From Amoebophrya sp. A120 (lineage: Eukaryota > Protista > Dinoflagellata), in contig CAJINV010000002.1 of the NCBI GenBank assembly GCA_905178155.1, positions 5,141,709 through 5,205,708 on the forward strand: a DNA stretch of 64,000 nt. Direction: 5' to 3'. The notes under the pieces were generated by a model. That model ran no database searches, had not been told where the DNA came from, and worked only from the letters and a program-made list of their open reading frames with translations. Positions 22,401-35,157 of this stretch are shown here, in pieces (positions within the stretch are counted from its first letter, which is position 1; each line of letters starts with the position of its first letter). The position numbers and the translations under genes were made by a program.

Positions 22401-25400
22401 GACGACCGAGACCGTGACCTTCATCTCGAAGGATGGATTGAAAACGACGAAAAATTCAAGGGCGGCGTATTCGCAGGCCGGGTCGTAGGGTTACGAGAAA
22501 TTTTTGTTTTTCCTGATAGCCAAAAAGCCTTGTGCGGGCCATTCTTGGTCCAGATCGAGTACTATAATGCTGAAACAAAACGAGACTGGTTCAAAGTCGT
22601 TGGTATCGACGGGGGCTCGAATCCTTCTTGGAAGCTGGGTACAACAACCCAAACAGAGGGCGATTGGCATAATATGCGTTTGGATGCAGCCAAGGCGGCG
22701 GCGGCGCCTGAGAATGATCAATGGAAGGCGATGAGCAGCGGTTATCTTTATCGCCTCAGCGGGAAGCAAGCTCATGGGCGGTACCTCATTACCAAGCCTG
22801 GCGCAACAACGTCGTGGCGCCATGCCTTCCTTGCCGGCGATAATTTTGGCGTGGAGCGGGTTGGGACCTTGAGTGCCGCACTCGACGGGACTCCTGGGAC
22901 GCAGTTTACCTATGACCACGACAAAACGCTACAACTTAAGTGGTCACTGGATGAAATTCGCACTGGGTTGAGTACTGGAAGTGCGGATGCGCCAGCTAGT
23001 GCCACGACAGAAAGCAGCCCTATCGGAAGACGCTGTAGTGGAGGAGCTTGTTCTCAAGAATCCTCGTCGGACAGTACGCCGTCTCAGGAACTGACGGTGA
23101 AAGTGGTGAAGCAGTACGAGATGGTACTCCCAGAAAACAAATTCATCCGGGCGCTCCACATGGAGGGTGCAATCGACTTGGCTCTGGAAGAATTCAAATC
23201 GAAGGGACGCATCTTAGAGGTAGTGCGGGAGCAGGCTCTGTACGGGTGGCCGTGGTTCTGGATTAAAATTCAAGGGTCGACGAGCTTGGCGAGTTCGCTA
23301 TCGGCGAAGGAGGCATGGTTTAAAGTAGTTGGCATTAGTCCCAAGGGCGGCGGCGGGCCAGATCAAGATGATTGGCAGTTGAAGACCCCAACACTACAGG
23401 AGATCGGGGATCAGTCGGGACCTTGTAGCGATTGGGCCCAAATGTTGGATTATGTTGAGCAGACGATAAAGGACGATCGGTCGCTTAGCGTTAACCCGCG
23501 CTCCTACAGGAGTCAGTGGCACACGCTAACCGATCTCGGCCTTTACGTTATCACCGACGCCAATGTCAACGACTCCGCAGCAAGGTTGCCCAATGTGAAG
23601 AAGGCTCGAGACGAGCACGACACGGATGTAGGTGGGGCGCTGAAGAAAGGTGTGATCGCGGACCAGTGGGAGTTCACCTATACCGACAGAACAAATAGGA
23701 GAAAAAAACGGCTCTTCCATTTCCAAGCGCCGCTGGCATTGAGGACGGACAGTAGCGGGGGGCAAGAAGTAACGAGGGCGACCATGTTGTACCAAATGGA
23801 TTTGAGGCTCACGACGGAGACCCTCAGGTTGGACTTGGAGGGATGGGAAGATGACGAGGACGAAAGTGCCGACGTGTCTTTCCAAGGTTGCATTGTGGAG
23901 TATCACCCGGGGATTCCAAACGGGGACACGGAAAGCAACCAGTTTTTGATCAAGATTAAAATGAAGAACGGCAGTTCCCGGTGGTTCAAAGTCAGTGGGG
24001 TATCTGATGAAACAAAATGGATGGCCGCGCGTTCGTCGGCATCAACTGAAGCGCGATCGAAAGATCGCTCGAGGACACGGTACACGATATATAGAGGTCT
24101 GCGCGGTGGGACTAGCGAGGGGGCCTTGGACACCAGGGAGGTCGTGGCACATTACGGCCTTTATTTTGCCGAAAACGATGGGGGAAAAATCAAAATGCCG
24201 AACAAGCCTCGCGTCCTTGCGAAGAGGGCCGTTATGATGGATGAATTATACAACCTTGCGCGGACTGGGAGCCTGATTCGCACAGGCCCCGGAGAACAAT
24301 GGCAGTTCACCTATCCATACTACCAAGCTGGAGAACGGCAATACGGAAGGCTGGTTTTCCGACCGCCGGTGTCGGACGAGGCGCTGGACAAGGCGCCGGA
24401 CGAGGCGCAGGAAAAGCTGCAGGACAAGCTGCAGGACGAGGCGCCGGACAAGGCGCCGCTCGAGGCGGAGGCGTTTGAGCGGGCAATGGCATCCATAGGT
24501 GGAACGAAAAAAGGCATCGGCGCGACCAGTGCGACGCAGAAAGTAAGGGTAGCGAAGTTGTACCAAATGCACTTCGCGGATGAGGCGAAGGGAAATATTC
24601 GGGGTCTCAACTTGGAGGGATGGGTAGACGAGGAAGATAGCGACGACGATTTCAATGGTTGCGTTGTGAATTCTCATTTTGAACCCTCAAAGGGCGCAAC
24701 TGACGCAAACCCTGGTGAAGCAGCCGCGCAGCTCTGGGTCCAGATCACGCGCGAATGCACCGAGAACGCGTCTGCTGTCTCATTTCGTTGGTTTAAGGTT
24801 TTCGGCGTACTGCTTCAGCAGGTTGGTGAGTCTCATGCGATCTCGTCTCTGAACATACAACAATATATGTTCGGGGCTCAGGCACAGGCCACGGTAAATC
24901 GCATAGATTCTTCTCCCCGTAAATGTAAAATAACTAGGGGCTTGCGCAAGTGGAGCGATTCCAAAACAGTCGTGGCAGATTACCGTTTACATGTAGCCGG
25001 CAACAATCCTGGAATGTCGAACAAGCCCGTCTTTGCGAAGAAGGGCACTGAGGGACGTTGGATGGATGAGATATACAACCTTGCGCGGACTGGGAGCCTG
25101 AGTCTTCCCGCAAAAGAACCCGGCCAGACCACGTTTGTCTACACTGATGAGCAGCAGCGCCAAAAAAAGCTTCTTCTGGAACTGGATGATAATGCTGTGA
25201 AGGCTGCCCGCGAGCTGTTTCCAGCGCAGGCGACACGGTGGGGGTGCCCCACAGGCAGATGTTCAGGATCTGCCACCGCACCCCCACCGGAAGACGCCTC
25301 GTCACAGACGGTAAGAGCCGCAAAGCTTTATCAAATGGACTTTGAAAAGCCTAGAAGCGCGGCCCCCGAGCCCGAAACTGCGGACCAGTCCCAGGGTGAC

Positions 25401-26280
25401 CGCCAGGCTCCCATTGCGATTCGTGGCCTCAACTTAGAGGGATGGGCAGTCGAGGGAGAGGCAGCGGACTTTTGGGGCCGTATCGTAGGAGTCGCCGCAT
25501 TGCCTGGGAGCCAAGAAGGCCAAGAAGAGGCAGGGGAGCGCTTTTTGGTTCAGATTGAGTATACTCCGCATGAACCGTCCAAAATACCAAAAGCTTTCGG
25601 CTCTAGTGCGGCTATGCCGAGAGCTTGGTTCGAGGTGGCCGGCGCTTTTTCGGCCGGAGATGAGGACGCCAGGCTTTCTGGCTCCGTCGAAAAATGGGAT
25701 TTGAGTAGTCGCAAGGAAGACGAGGCCGCGAGAATGAGAGCGGCAATGCTTCACGTGGCGAGGACGCCGGACTCGTCCTGGTATAAAATGAATACTGGTA
25801 TGCGCGGCCGGCATTGTCTGTCCCGTCGAGCCGCGTTTGACTCAAGTAAGCTGGATCCTGAGCGGCCCGTGCCGCATTACTATTACCGCATTGCCAAGTA
25901 TCAAACAAAAATAAAAGTTCGGCACGATCACTCATGCGTGTTTTTACCATATAAAAGTGTTTGCCATGCGTAAAAATGCATGACAGTGAGACTACATATG
26001 GGATTTCCGTTGTGTTTGTGCAATACAAGAAAAAGCTGTGATGCCAGAAAAATATGTCTTTCAAAACCTGGAATGTCGCAACTGTGACCACGAACTTTTT
26101 TCTTTCGATACCCAGGATGGGAAAAGCGCGGCGAAGAAGAATGGCGTTTTTGTGAGTAGGGGACGTCAAAACGTAGCGAAGCACGCGAGTGCTGCCGCAG
26201 CGTCGTCCTCGTTTCTCAGCTGGTTCACGGGCTGGCGTGGTTCTTCAAAAAAAAGGGGTCCGGACTTCCTGCAGGCATAG
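16487..26280 (+). CDS. giant multi-exon protein (roughly 2,700 aa) with a disordered N-terminus and 8 copies of an unrecognised repeat domain
   Basis: ORFs 16487-19657, 19964-21064, 21364-21624, 21990-25973 and 26038-26280 are co-oriented. The three long ones share the motif KLYQ...LxLEGW...GRIV...FxVxIE...WFKVVG. A GT-AG intron is clear at ~21574-22005; other junctions are approximate. Confidence 0.75.
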
Positions 26281-27365
26281 ATGGTGGGCCGTGTATAAAT
26301 AAAAGTATTTTTTGGGCTAATAATTTCGAAAAAGTGTATCTGTATGGGCTCTATGGTTTTTGTTTCGCTTTGTTCTGTTTTTTCTTAACATTTTCATGTA
26401 CAATTCAAGGATTTCCGTTGTTTACCTTCCTGCATCACCTTTTTTTTTTGAAATACAAACGACTTTTCTTTTTCTAGGTTGCATATTATAATTCACATAA
26501 AGATATCGGTGACACCGTGCATCGGGCTTGAAAATTGAAACTACTCTGGTGCTTACTCAAGAAATAAAGACTCACCTTTGTGCAAATGCCGCATGATTAT
26601 TTACACGCGAAATATAAAACTCTGGCAGCGGGGCAAAAACCGAGGTTGGGAGAATTTGCGATGTTCCTGGGTTTCAGGGCACGACCACGGATTTCTAGGT
26701 TTGGTGTTGCATCTTCACCAGAGTCGTTCCCGCACTTCAAGTGTGATCTTCGAACACAAAGTCGTGCTTAGCTGCCTGTTGTATCGGATATTTGCGAAGA
26801 AGAAGATCGAACATGATCATCACGACGAGTATTACAAGGTCAAGTACCCCTGTGATTCCTCGGCACAACAAGAAACTAGGTTTTTCAAGATCTGTGCTCA
26901 CTAAGATCCTCATCATTGTGATTGTCCATTGGCGATGAAAAGTGAAAACAAAACAACGAAGATCAAAAATATGAAATAGAGCATGTGGACTTGGACAAAA
27001 ACAGATTAAAACCTCGCTGAACTCGTCAAATGTCGTGCAATAGAAATTGTTTTTAAAAACAGCTTCGCTCGCGCTCGGGATAGATCTCCGGCGACTTGCA
27101 GGCAAAAAACGAAAAACCGTTTGTGATCCTTAGACGTAGGGTCAGCTCGACGTATCAACGCTTGGCTTAAATTTAGCCTGTTTTATTTTTCACTCAGCTG
27201 CTACGTTGACTTTCTTTGTCCTAAATTCACTTTTTGAACCAGCAGTAGGTTCCGAAGCATGACACTGCATTAATTCGCAGTGGTGCAGTATATAACACAA
27301 TAATATCAATCCGAGTAGATGAAAATGTATGATTGAGTTTTTGGCTCTCTGAGTGAAAAGAGAAA

Positions 27366-28502
27366 ATGATGGGAAAATCTTTTCACTTGTTGCGTGACCC
27401 AAAAGATAGAGAACATGATGTCGCGGCCAGAAGTGAACAAAACTCATCTGTTGACGTTGACGACCTCATCAAACCAGACGAACAAACTTCGGTCTCCTGC
27501 TGGGCCAGGCAGCCAGTTTTGTGGGTAGTTCTCACCGTCGTGGGCTTCTCACTGGTCAGCTTCTTCACGATCTATTTTTCGGTGACCGCGGCAAGTAGTC
27601 CTGCTTCTGGTTCTGCTACAACCTCCCGACCGGGGGGACAAGGCCAGACCAGAAACGGCGGACAGGGCGGCGGCGCAGGTAGTTCCTCCCCTAATAACGA
27701 CAACCACGGTGACCGTGGAAGCACGAACGGCGGGGGCAACAACGGGAATGGTAATACCCCCAACCAGGGCAACAATGCCGGAGGTCGAGACCCCCGGGTT
27801 CCGGCAAACCTCCCTGCGCACTACGTAGCATTCGCCTCGGAGGAGCCGCAGACGGGGGCCGAAGTCCAAAATGACGCGCGGCTGCGGGGCGCGAAGGCGT
27901 TGCGCGGGCGGCAAGAAAAGTTCGTCGCGTTGAGCCCTGCAGGAGCAGCACAACAGCAGCCGCCGCCACGACAGCTCGCGGGGCAGACGGTAGGGTACTA
28001 CAATTTCGCGTCCATTCCGGGCACGATCACCGTCGACGGCAAGGCGCACGACAAGCAATGGCTCCTGGATAACTTGCTGGTGAAGCAGCAGACGCAGTTC
28101 CGCACGGTTTTGCAAGAATTGGAAACGCTCGGCCGCAAACAGGGTCACTACATTTGGTGGGTGGTACCCAGCGACCGCTGGGGCGGGTCCGAGGCGCCGA
28201 ACGAGCGGACCGCCGTGGCAAAAGACGCCTGCAAGGAACTGTTCGTCCGGCAGAAGTACAAAACCTTGGTTCTGTACGAGAAGATTCTGGAGAAATTTCT
28301 GGAATTGCTCCAAAACCGCCCGACCGGGCGCACAGACCCGGTGTCCGGGAAAAAAATCCCGAACCCGCGGGTCATCCCTCCCATCGACTTTGGGAAAATT
28401 CACTTTTGGATCCGGTTTTACCAGCGGAGCTGCGAGGATGCGGATTGGGTGCCCGACTGGTACAAGAACCTGGTGGCGCGCTGGGACCAGTACCACTTTT
28501 GA
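27366..28502 (+). CDS. single-pass membrane protein with a Gly/Asn-rich linker and a DUF1810-like C-terminal domain
   Basis: TM helix VLWVVLTVVGFSLVSFFTIYFSV. QQTQFRTVLQELETLGRKQGHYIWWVVP resembles the DUF1810 motif ELxxGrKxsHWmWfiFP. Intronless, 378 aa. Confidence 0.7.
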   Translation: MMGKSFHLLRDPKDREHDVAARSEQNSSVDVDDLIKPDEQTSVSCWARQPVLWVVLTVVGFSLVSFFTIYFSVTAASSPASGSATTSRPGGQGQTRNGGQGGGAGSSSPNNDNHGDRGSTNGGGNNGNGNTPNQGNNAGGRDPRVPANLPAHYVAFASEEPQTGAEVQNDARLRGAKALRGRQEKFVALSPAGAAQQQPPPRQLAGQTVGYYNFASIPGTITVDGKAHDKQWLLDNLLVKQQTQFRTVLQELETLGRKQGHYIWWVVPSDRWGGSEAPNERTAVAKDACKELFVRQKYKTLVLYEKILEKFLELLQNRPTGRTDPVSGKKIPNPRVIPPIDFGKIHFWIRFYQRSCEDADWVPDWYKNLVARWDQYHF

Positions 28503-29771
28503 CGAAAGAATTTCTCAAGTATTTTTGACATGCGAGACACCACGAGCACGACCGACGTCAATGACTATAGTGGGATCGAAAAATAGTGACAATCGAAACG
28601 TGCCACGGTCGAGGAGGTACAAGGCATTCACTCCTACGCTTTTGGAAAACAGCGAGCAGTCGATGTAATTAAGTATTGAGTAGAACTAGAAGGTGACCCG
28701 GAACCTGAAGCCGGCGAGCCACGATGGAAGCTTGGATAATGAAGTTAGAAGTAGAAGCTGAAATAAAATGAAGTAATTCACGATGCCTGCAAGTCAAGGG
28801 AATGTTGGTACATATTACAATGCACATCTAGATGAGTAAGCACTACCTAAACATCCATGTGGTAGCTTCGCAACTGAGATTCTTATCGTCGTTGCGGAAA
28901 ATTTTCTCGCAATGTCTATATTTTGGTTCTTATTTTGCCTTCAAACTCTTTCTGTCCTCAAAGACCGAACCCAACCATTTATTTTACATTTTGGAAGAAC
29001 TTGTCTTGATGTACCCCGAATAGAAGGAGGATGTCTAGAGTAGATGCCCTCGGTAGGGCTAACGAACCCTAGTACACGGTGTATAATTTTCTTTTGGCGA
29101 CAGACTGTTTTCGTTGTCCGCTCGTTTTGGATGACACAAAATAAAACGGATATAATGTCACGCTTACGTCGCTTTTTTGGACGGTGGTAAATGTGAAGAA
29201 TGTTCCCTTCAGTTCTGTGTCTACTTCGACCTGTTTTGACGGAGGTTTGCCGAGTCTGAAGATCTTTGTCGGTGAGGAAAAAAAAGCTCCATCAAGGAGA
29301 TCAGGTGTAAACGGAAAGGAAAGGATCAGGACACTGGTCGATCATATTTTGACGACGTGGTTCAGACCTTGTTGTGGAGGTGTTTATGTCTTAGCGGTCG
29401 CATCGTAAAGGAGCTTCGTTGGAGCTGCTTTTTTTTTCAGCAGTTCACTTCAAACGGGATTGATGCTTGTCGAGAACAAAAGTTTGTACTTAGAATTCAG
29501 ATCCAGTTTATCTGATTTCTTCTCTTCACGGACTCTGATTTTCCTCGAGTCGTGCTAGAACTGAATCTAATCGACTTTTCGGTCTGGTATCTCACTCTGA
29601 CGAAGGCCATCATGACCGCCGTGCGATTTGTTTTTTTAACATCTCGATGAAAAAGCCTGCAGAAATTATTTCATTGCACGACTAGAATCCACCGGAGTGC
29701 ACCATCGTGACAGTCGCAGTCTTCATCTTGTTCTATAAAACAAGTTGCTCCTTCATTATCACCTTCTTTCC

Positions 29772-30941
29772 ATGAAGCACACCAGAATTCTTCGGGCCCA
29801 GCACGCGAAGATGCGTCGCCGCCGCCCGGAACGGGCACAGGGGGACTTTCCGGTTTACGCCCGCGCGAAGCCGCTCCCGGCACCGGTGGACTTGGATCGC
29901 ATTCCCAGCGACCTGCAGCGGCAGTTGAGCAAGCCCCCGCGGCGGCTGAAACCCCACGAGGTGGGGGGTGCTAGCGGAGGGGTAAAAAGTGCAGTTGTTG
30001 ACGAGGAAAGAAACGGGAGTCCTCATCTTCTTGCTTTTCAAGGCAACTCCACGTCGTCGTTTTTGCACAGTGGTATGATGAAAAACAAGGAAAGCCGCGC
30101 AGGACCGCGTGGAGTCGACTACCATTCCACCGCCGACAAAGTCGGCGTGCCGGAGACCTTGGCGAAAGTCGTGGCGCGATCTGATTTCCGTCGTGGGAAG
30201 GAAAGCAAGAACTCGGTAGAAGGTGGAGCTACGACAAGCAACCTGCTGCTGGATCTGAAAGACGACACAACCTATCAGCATTGGGCGGAGTTCGACTGTC
30301 ACAAGGATAACTTAAAAAGCGCGAACCGCTGCGACCGCACGGACGGAAAGGACAGCAAAACCGTTTTTCCGGAGCGCGCGGAAACAGCAGCAGCTTCTGG
30401 GATATTTGGTGCGCCGGAGCAGGGTCGTGCTGATCATCGAGTTAAAAAAGGTCTTCAGCGGGAAGATGATCATATCACGACTTCGGACCATGACGCGCTA
30501 ACAAATCGTCAACGCGGGCCACGAGCAGAACCATGGTCCAGCGGGAAGAAGCTGATGCCGGAGAATTTTGAAGACGGGAGCACGAACACGAATAGCGCAG
30601 CCGCACCGCAGGAACGTGACAACGCATTTGGAGACCATGAAGATCCAGATTCTACTTTCTCGAGCAGTGGAGATTTATTTCTTAAGCAGCATCGGGAACA
30701 CATGCAAGAACAGAAAAAGAACAAGCGGAGCTACGAGACGCCGGACAGTGTGTACCCGAGTTTGTTCCGGGATCGCGATCGCCGACTGGACGGAAAGATG
30801 AAAAAGTACAACGAGATCTTGACCGAACTGGAGCAAAATTTGAAGTCGCAGAAGAAACACGAAAAAGATCGCAGCCCTGAAGATGATTGTCGTGCTTCCA
30901 GCTCCAGCACGTCCTCGTCTTCTCGGCGCCGCATGAAATAG
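29772..30941 (+). CDS. hypothetical protein with an Arg-rich N-terminus (possibly the 5' part of the downstream RAP gene)
   Basis: 389-codon ORF from ATG 29772 (MKHTRILRAQHAKMRRRRP) with coding-like composition. Confidence 0.55.
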   Translation: MKHTRILRAQHAKMRRRRPERAQGDFPVYARAKPLPAPVDLDRIPSDLQRQLSKPPRRLKPHEVGGASGGVKSAVVDEERNGSPHLLAFQGNSTSSFLHSGMMKNKESRAGPRGVDYHSTADKVGVPETLAKVVARSDFRRGKESKNSVEGGATTSNLLLDLKDDTTYQHWAEFDCHKDNLKSANRCDRTDGKDSKTVFPERAETAAASGIFGAPEQGRADHRVKKGLQREDDHITTSDHDALTNRQRGPRAEPWSSGKKLMPENFEDGSTNTNSAAAPQERDNAFGDHEDPDSTFSSSGDLFLKQHREHMQEQKKNKRSYETPDSVYPSLFRDRDRRLDGKMKKYNEILTELEQNLKSQKKHEKDRSPEDDCRASSSSTSSSSRRRMK

Positions 30942-31326
30942 CAGATGGAAAAAGAAGATGCTAGCACGTCCTCGACTGCACGTGGTTTGTCATGAAAAAT
31001 ATTCGCAACCTCTACCCAGTAGACCCCCTGTCTCAGAAAGATTCATTGCACCTCGAAGAGTGGCCAGAAGTCTAGTCATGCGCTCGTACAACATCATAAT
31101 GGGAAATGTTTCCTCAGCGTTTGCGTATGCAAACGCGACTCCATTTTATAAAATCTGCACGCTGGTCGTGCTCATGTACTAGTGAATTTTTCTGCGTGAT
31201 ACAAGGCCGAGCAAGTGGTGGACTGGAAAGACAGAAGCGGAGATATTACCCAGGATAATAGGCCGAGTTCCCGTAGACCGGGACGACACGATTTCAAGTG
31301 CAGGTACCACCACAGCAGATACAATC

Positions 31327-34300
31327 ATGCAAAACGCGAACAAAACCAAAAGTGGAAAAGACTGCGATCCGACAGGAGGAGATCCCGTGACAACAAGAAC
31401 AGCGAACACCTCATCTTTTACTAGTTCCTCTGCTTCTACTCTCGCAGAACACGACGCGCTAGGGGAAGCGAGAAGTTCGCGAAACTGCAAAACAAGCCAG
31501 AACACTGATGACATCACTCGAGTTCCGGACCACGAACTTCTGATGCAGCAGTACAATTCCTCAACCGGACGAGCGCAGCTGTTTTGCGCCATTCCGTACT
31601 TGAAAGGCATTGAGCTGAAGCGGCTGATGCTGTACGACGCGAAGAAGGTGCAACTGGGCGAAACGCGGCTCTGCCGCGAGCTCTGGTCCCGCTTCGTGCG
31701 GAGAAGCTGGGAGCTGTCGATGGGGTTGGTCTTTCCCACGAACAAAAAAGTGGGCCGGCGGTGCCACGTGCGGACGGTGTTGCGGTTTCTCCAGGCAATT
31801 GCCTCGGTGCAGTACTACCCCGAGGAAGTAGGTGGAGATGGTCTTTATTTTTCCGTTGCAAGACAAGAACATCAAATAGCACAGGTGGACCACGACGAGC
31901 AGGATGCTAGTAGCTGCACGAGCTCGACGAGCCCGAGCTCCTGTGGAATAAAAAACGAACAGCAGCAGCAGAAGATGGTTGACGATATGTTTTTGCGGTG
32001 CATGGTTGCGGAAAAGAACAACGCACTGAAGCGGCAGGAGTATGTGTTTCTACTGAACGCGTTGGCCCGGCTGCGTCTGAACACGCCCGATCTGATGTGC
32101 CAGAAGATCCTGCAAAAGATGTCCATCGTGTGGCCGCTGTTGCGGCAGGAGCAACTGGTTCTCGCCGCCAACTGCTGCGCGAAACTGAGTCTCGGCGGCA
32201 GTTCGGCGTGGGCCAAGCCGTTGAGCGATGCCTTGGAAATGGCCTTGTTTGGAAACGTGCAGGAAAGGAGGCTGGTGGGGACAAAGTCACACTCACACTC
32301 ACACCAAGTTCTTCTTGGCAAGACCCAGGAAAACGATTTTTCCGACTGTGCCGAGGATTTGCCACCCTTGCTAGTGGACACGGGCAGGATGAACGGAGTC
32401 CCCGGGACGAGCATTGCAGAAGGGCTGGACGACCAAGAAGACCTGCCTGTGGTGGACAACCTCACCCCGCACGCACCCTGGAGAGCCAGAGAAAATGTAC
32501 ACGGAGTTGATGGGTCGTTTGGCACTGCGTCTTCAAGTCTGCATCTTCCAGGAGCTGAAGGCGTCGCGGGTTCAGAGCAGGGCTTTGGCCCAGAAGTAGT
32601 TGAGCGTTTTCATCACCCGGAGGAGCGCAGCACCGCAAAGAAGTCGATTTTTTACTACGACATGCTCGGGCACGATCAGGAAGAAAAGGTCGTCAGTCCT
32701 ATGGAAGTGGTAGGCAAAAGTGTATACGGTTTTTTGCATTTCGGAACGTGGAATATAAAGGAAGCGCTTTCCTACAACTTCCGCCTTATTACAGAGCCGC
32801 CACGCTCTGCTCGTGCTTAGCGAGCGTGCTGGTAATGATGGAGGTACTTACTCTCTTATCTCAGTCATTACCTTGGCGAGCGTGCTGGTAAAATTAATCT
32901 AGGAGGTGAACAAGAAGTACAAGTACAACTACCTCAATGCAGCGCAGTAAGTACTCAAGTCTCAGCCTCCACCTCCATAAGCACAATGAAGCGGCAGCTG
33001 GTCTTGCGGCAGCTGAAGGCGATCACGGTGCTCGAGTTGATTCCGCACCGGGTATATCAAGTGCAAAAATGTCTGGGTCTGGAAGAATGCCAGACTTGTC
33101 ATGCACATTTTGAATGGCCAATGAGGTTTGGAATGCAGATCCTAGCACGACAGATTTGGTGAGCTCTCCATCTTGCCTATCCTGCATCAGAAACTGCTTC
33201 GCAGCTTGGTCGAAAGTGGACAGCTTTTGGCCATCATGCAACACAGATTTTTGCATGATTCTGATTCACCATGACAAGTTCCACTTTTCCAGACCCAGAC
33301 ATTTTTGCATTTGATAGGGTACCGGACGTGATCCGGCTCTACCTAGACCAGCAGAACGGGCCGAACCGGCGGCAGGCGAACGACCGCAATCTGGTTCTGT
33401 TCGAACTGTATTTACGGGCGTACTTGATGAGTAACGATAACGAAGTAAGTCAAGAACATGAACATCATGATTACTATCAAGACCACCGTCGTCCCAGTCT
33501 TTACGAGACCGTGTTGTCGGCGCAGGAACGGATGCAGTTGGAGAATCGGCGGGATTTGTTTTACGAGAAGACGGGAATGACCGAAGAAGAGGAGGGGGAG
33601 GAGAGGGAAGAAGAGGCGATAGTGCTACAGGAAGTAGAAAACCGGGGCGAATCATCATGTGCAGCACCAGCTACCGTCGATGCTCCATCTGGGGAAAAAA
33701 TGATGAAAGGTAGCAGCAAAACAAGTTCGACTTCCTCTCTCACTTCGATTTCCCAGGCGATTTTCGAGATCAACGGGCAGGTCTGGTGCACCAGCCTCGA
33801 GCTGATGGCTGGAAATTATGGGATGAACAAGTCTGCTAGCAGTGTTGGCGCCCCCACACAGCGAACAACGAAGTTTCTGCGCTACAGTGATGGAGGTGCT
33901 CGTGGCAACAAGAAGAACTTTTGCGACGATCGGCGAGAGGAAGAAGCGCTGCTCATGCAGGATTCCAGTACCAGCGATTCTTGTCCCGCTTCTGGGAGCA
34001 GGGATCATCGTGAAGAGACAACTACGCGGGTAGGGTCCCCCGTCGTGAACCTGATCGAGAGCCGCGTTTCCGCCGGGCCCTACAGTCTCGACTATTTTCA
34101 CGCGGAGACAAAGACGGTGATTGACCTTCTTATCCTGATGGGACAACTACATGACCAAAAGTTCTGCGCATCCTGTCTCAAAAATCCCCTGTGCGTTCTT
34201 CAGAGGGGCAAAGAAACCGTTACATGTGAGGCGAAACGCATTCTCAAAAGGTCTTCTGGAATTTATTCCAAGAAGACCAGATGAAGATGGGGAAAAATTC

Positions 34301-34559
34301 ATCAAGATGTGGCATTCATGTTGTATGTGGAAAGTGATAGTGAAAGTGCACTCGAATAGAGGGTGCCTCACATGACGAGGATCTATCATGCAGACTGATG
34401 CGGAAGTTTTCCCCGCCCATACGTTTCCCTCCGTTCGCCTACTTTCGGAAGACGCGAACGCTAACCCCGCAAATCAAGTGGCGCCACCGGTTCTTGACCA
34501 AGATGGGATTTACGGTGCTCACGGTACCTTACTGGAAGATTCGCGTGGAGGAGGGGTGA
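31327..34559 (+). CDS. RAP-domain (FASTK-like) organellar RNA-binding protein, multi-exon
   Basis: Helical repeats (FLLNALARLRL; LVLAANCCAKL), then the RAP signature GPYSLDYFHAETKTVID...FPPFAYFRKTRTLTPQIKWRHRFLTKMGFTVLTVPYWKIR. Both ends are uncertain. Confidence 0.7.
33055..33316. mobile_element. introner (family A: TATCAA(A/G)TGCAAAAATGTCTGGGTCTGGAA TIR), 5-bp direct repeat GGGTA
   Basis: ~30-bp TIRs. Removing the element plus one direct-repeat (DR) copy restores PHRVPDVIRLYLD in frame. Confidence 0.9.
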
Positions 34560-35157
34560 GGTGTGCCATCTTCCCGTTTTAGGAACCAATATTCCTCCGA
34601 TAGTGGCATCACACTTCTACTGACTCGAAGAAACAGATGCAGGGTTCATCAGGGTTTTGGGATTAAGAAGAGCCTGTGAGGTTGGTCTCACCGCGGCGCT
34701 ACCTGCGCACTTACATCACTCGTTCAAAAGCGCGGAAAAAAATTGGTCGTTTTATGATTTCAACAAAACAAAAGATATGATTATGAGAGTTGTGGAAATG
34801 CACATGCTATCACGTGAGAGTCTCTTTATCTCTCCCAAAGAACGAGCGATCGCTTCGCTTCATTCCTTGAAGTAGAGAGGTGATGAATCGATACCACGAG
34901 AAGGAGATGAAGAATAAAATCGCATAGACTTCTTACCCTATCTTCACCAACCATCGTAATTTCGTCACCATCTCCATCGACTCGAGTTCGTTGAGCGAAA
35001 ACTTGTTACCCGACCTTGGCAATGAATCGTCATGTCGAACGCAGATGATTTCATCAGAAAGTAGACGCGCATTTGGCATCTATCAATTGAAGTTGTGGTG
35101 AAAGAAGACATCGGCTTGAAAAAAGATAAAAGTCCAGTTGAAACAAAGAATAAAGCG

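Noticed and set aside
34126-34420. additional introner in the RAP gene starting TATCCTGATG
   Set aside because: An intron is required here, but no convincing right TIR or direct repeat was found.
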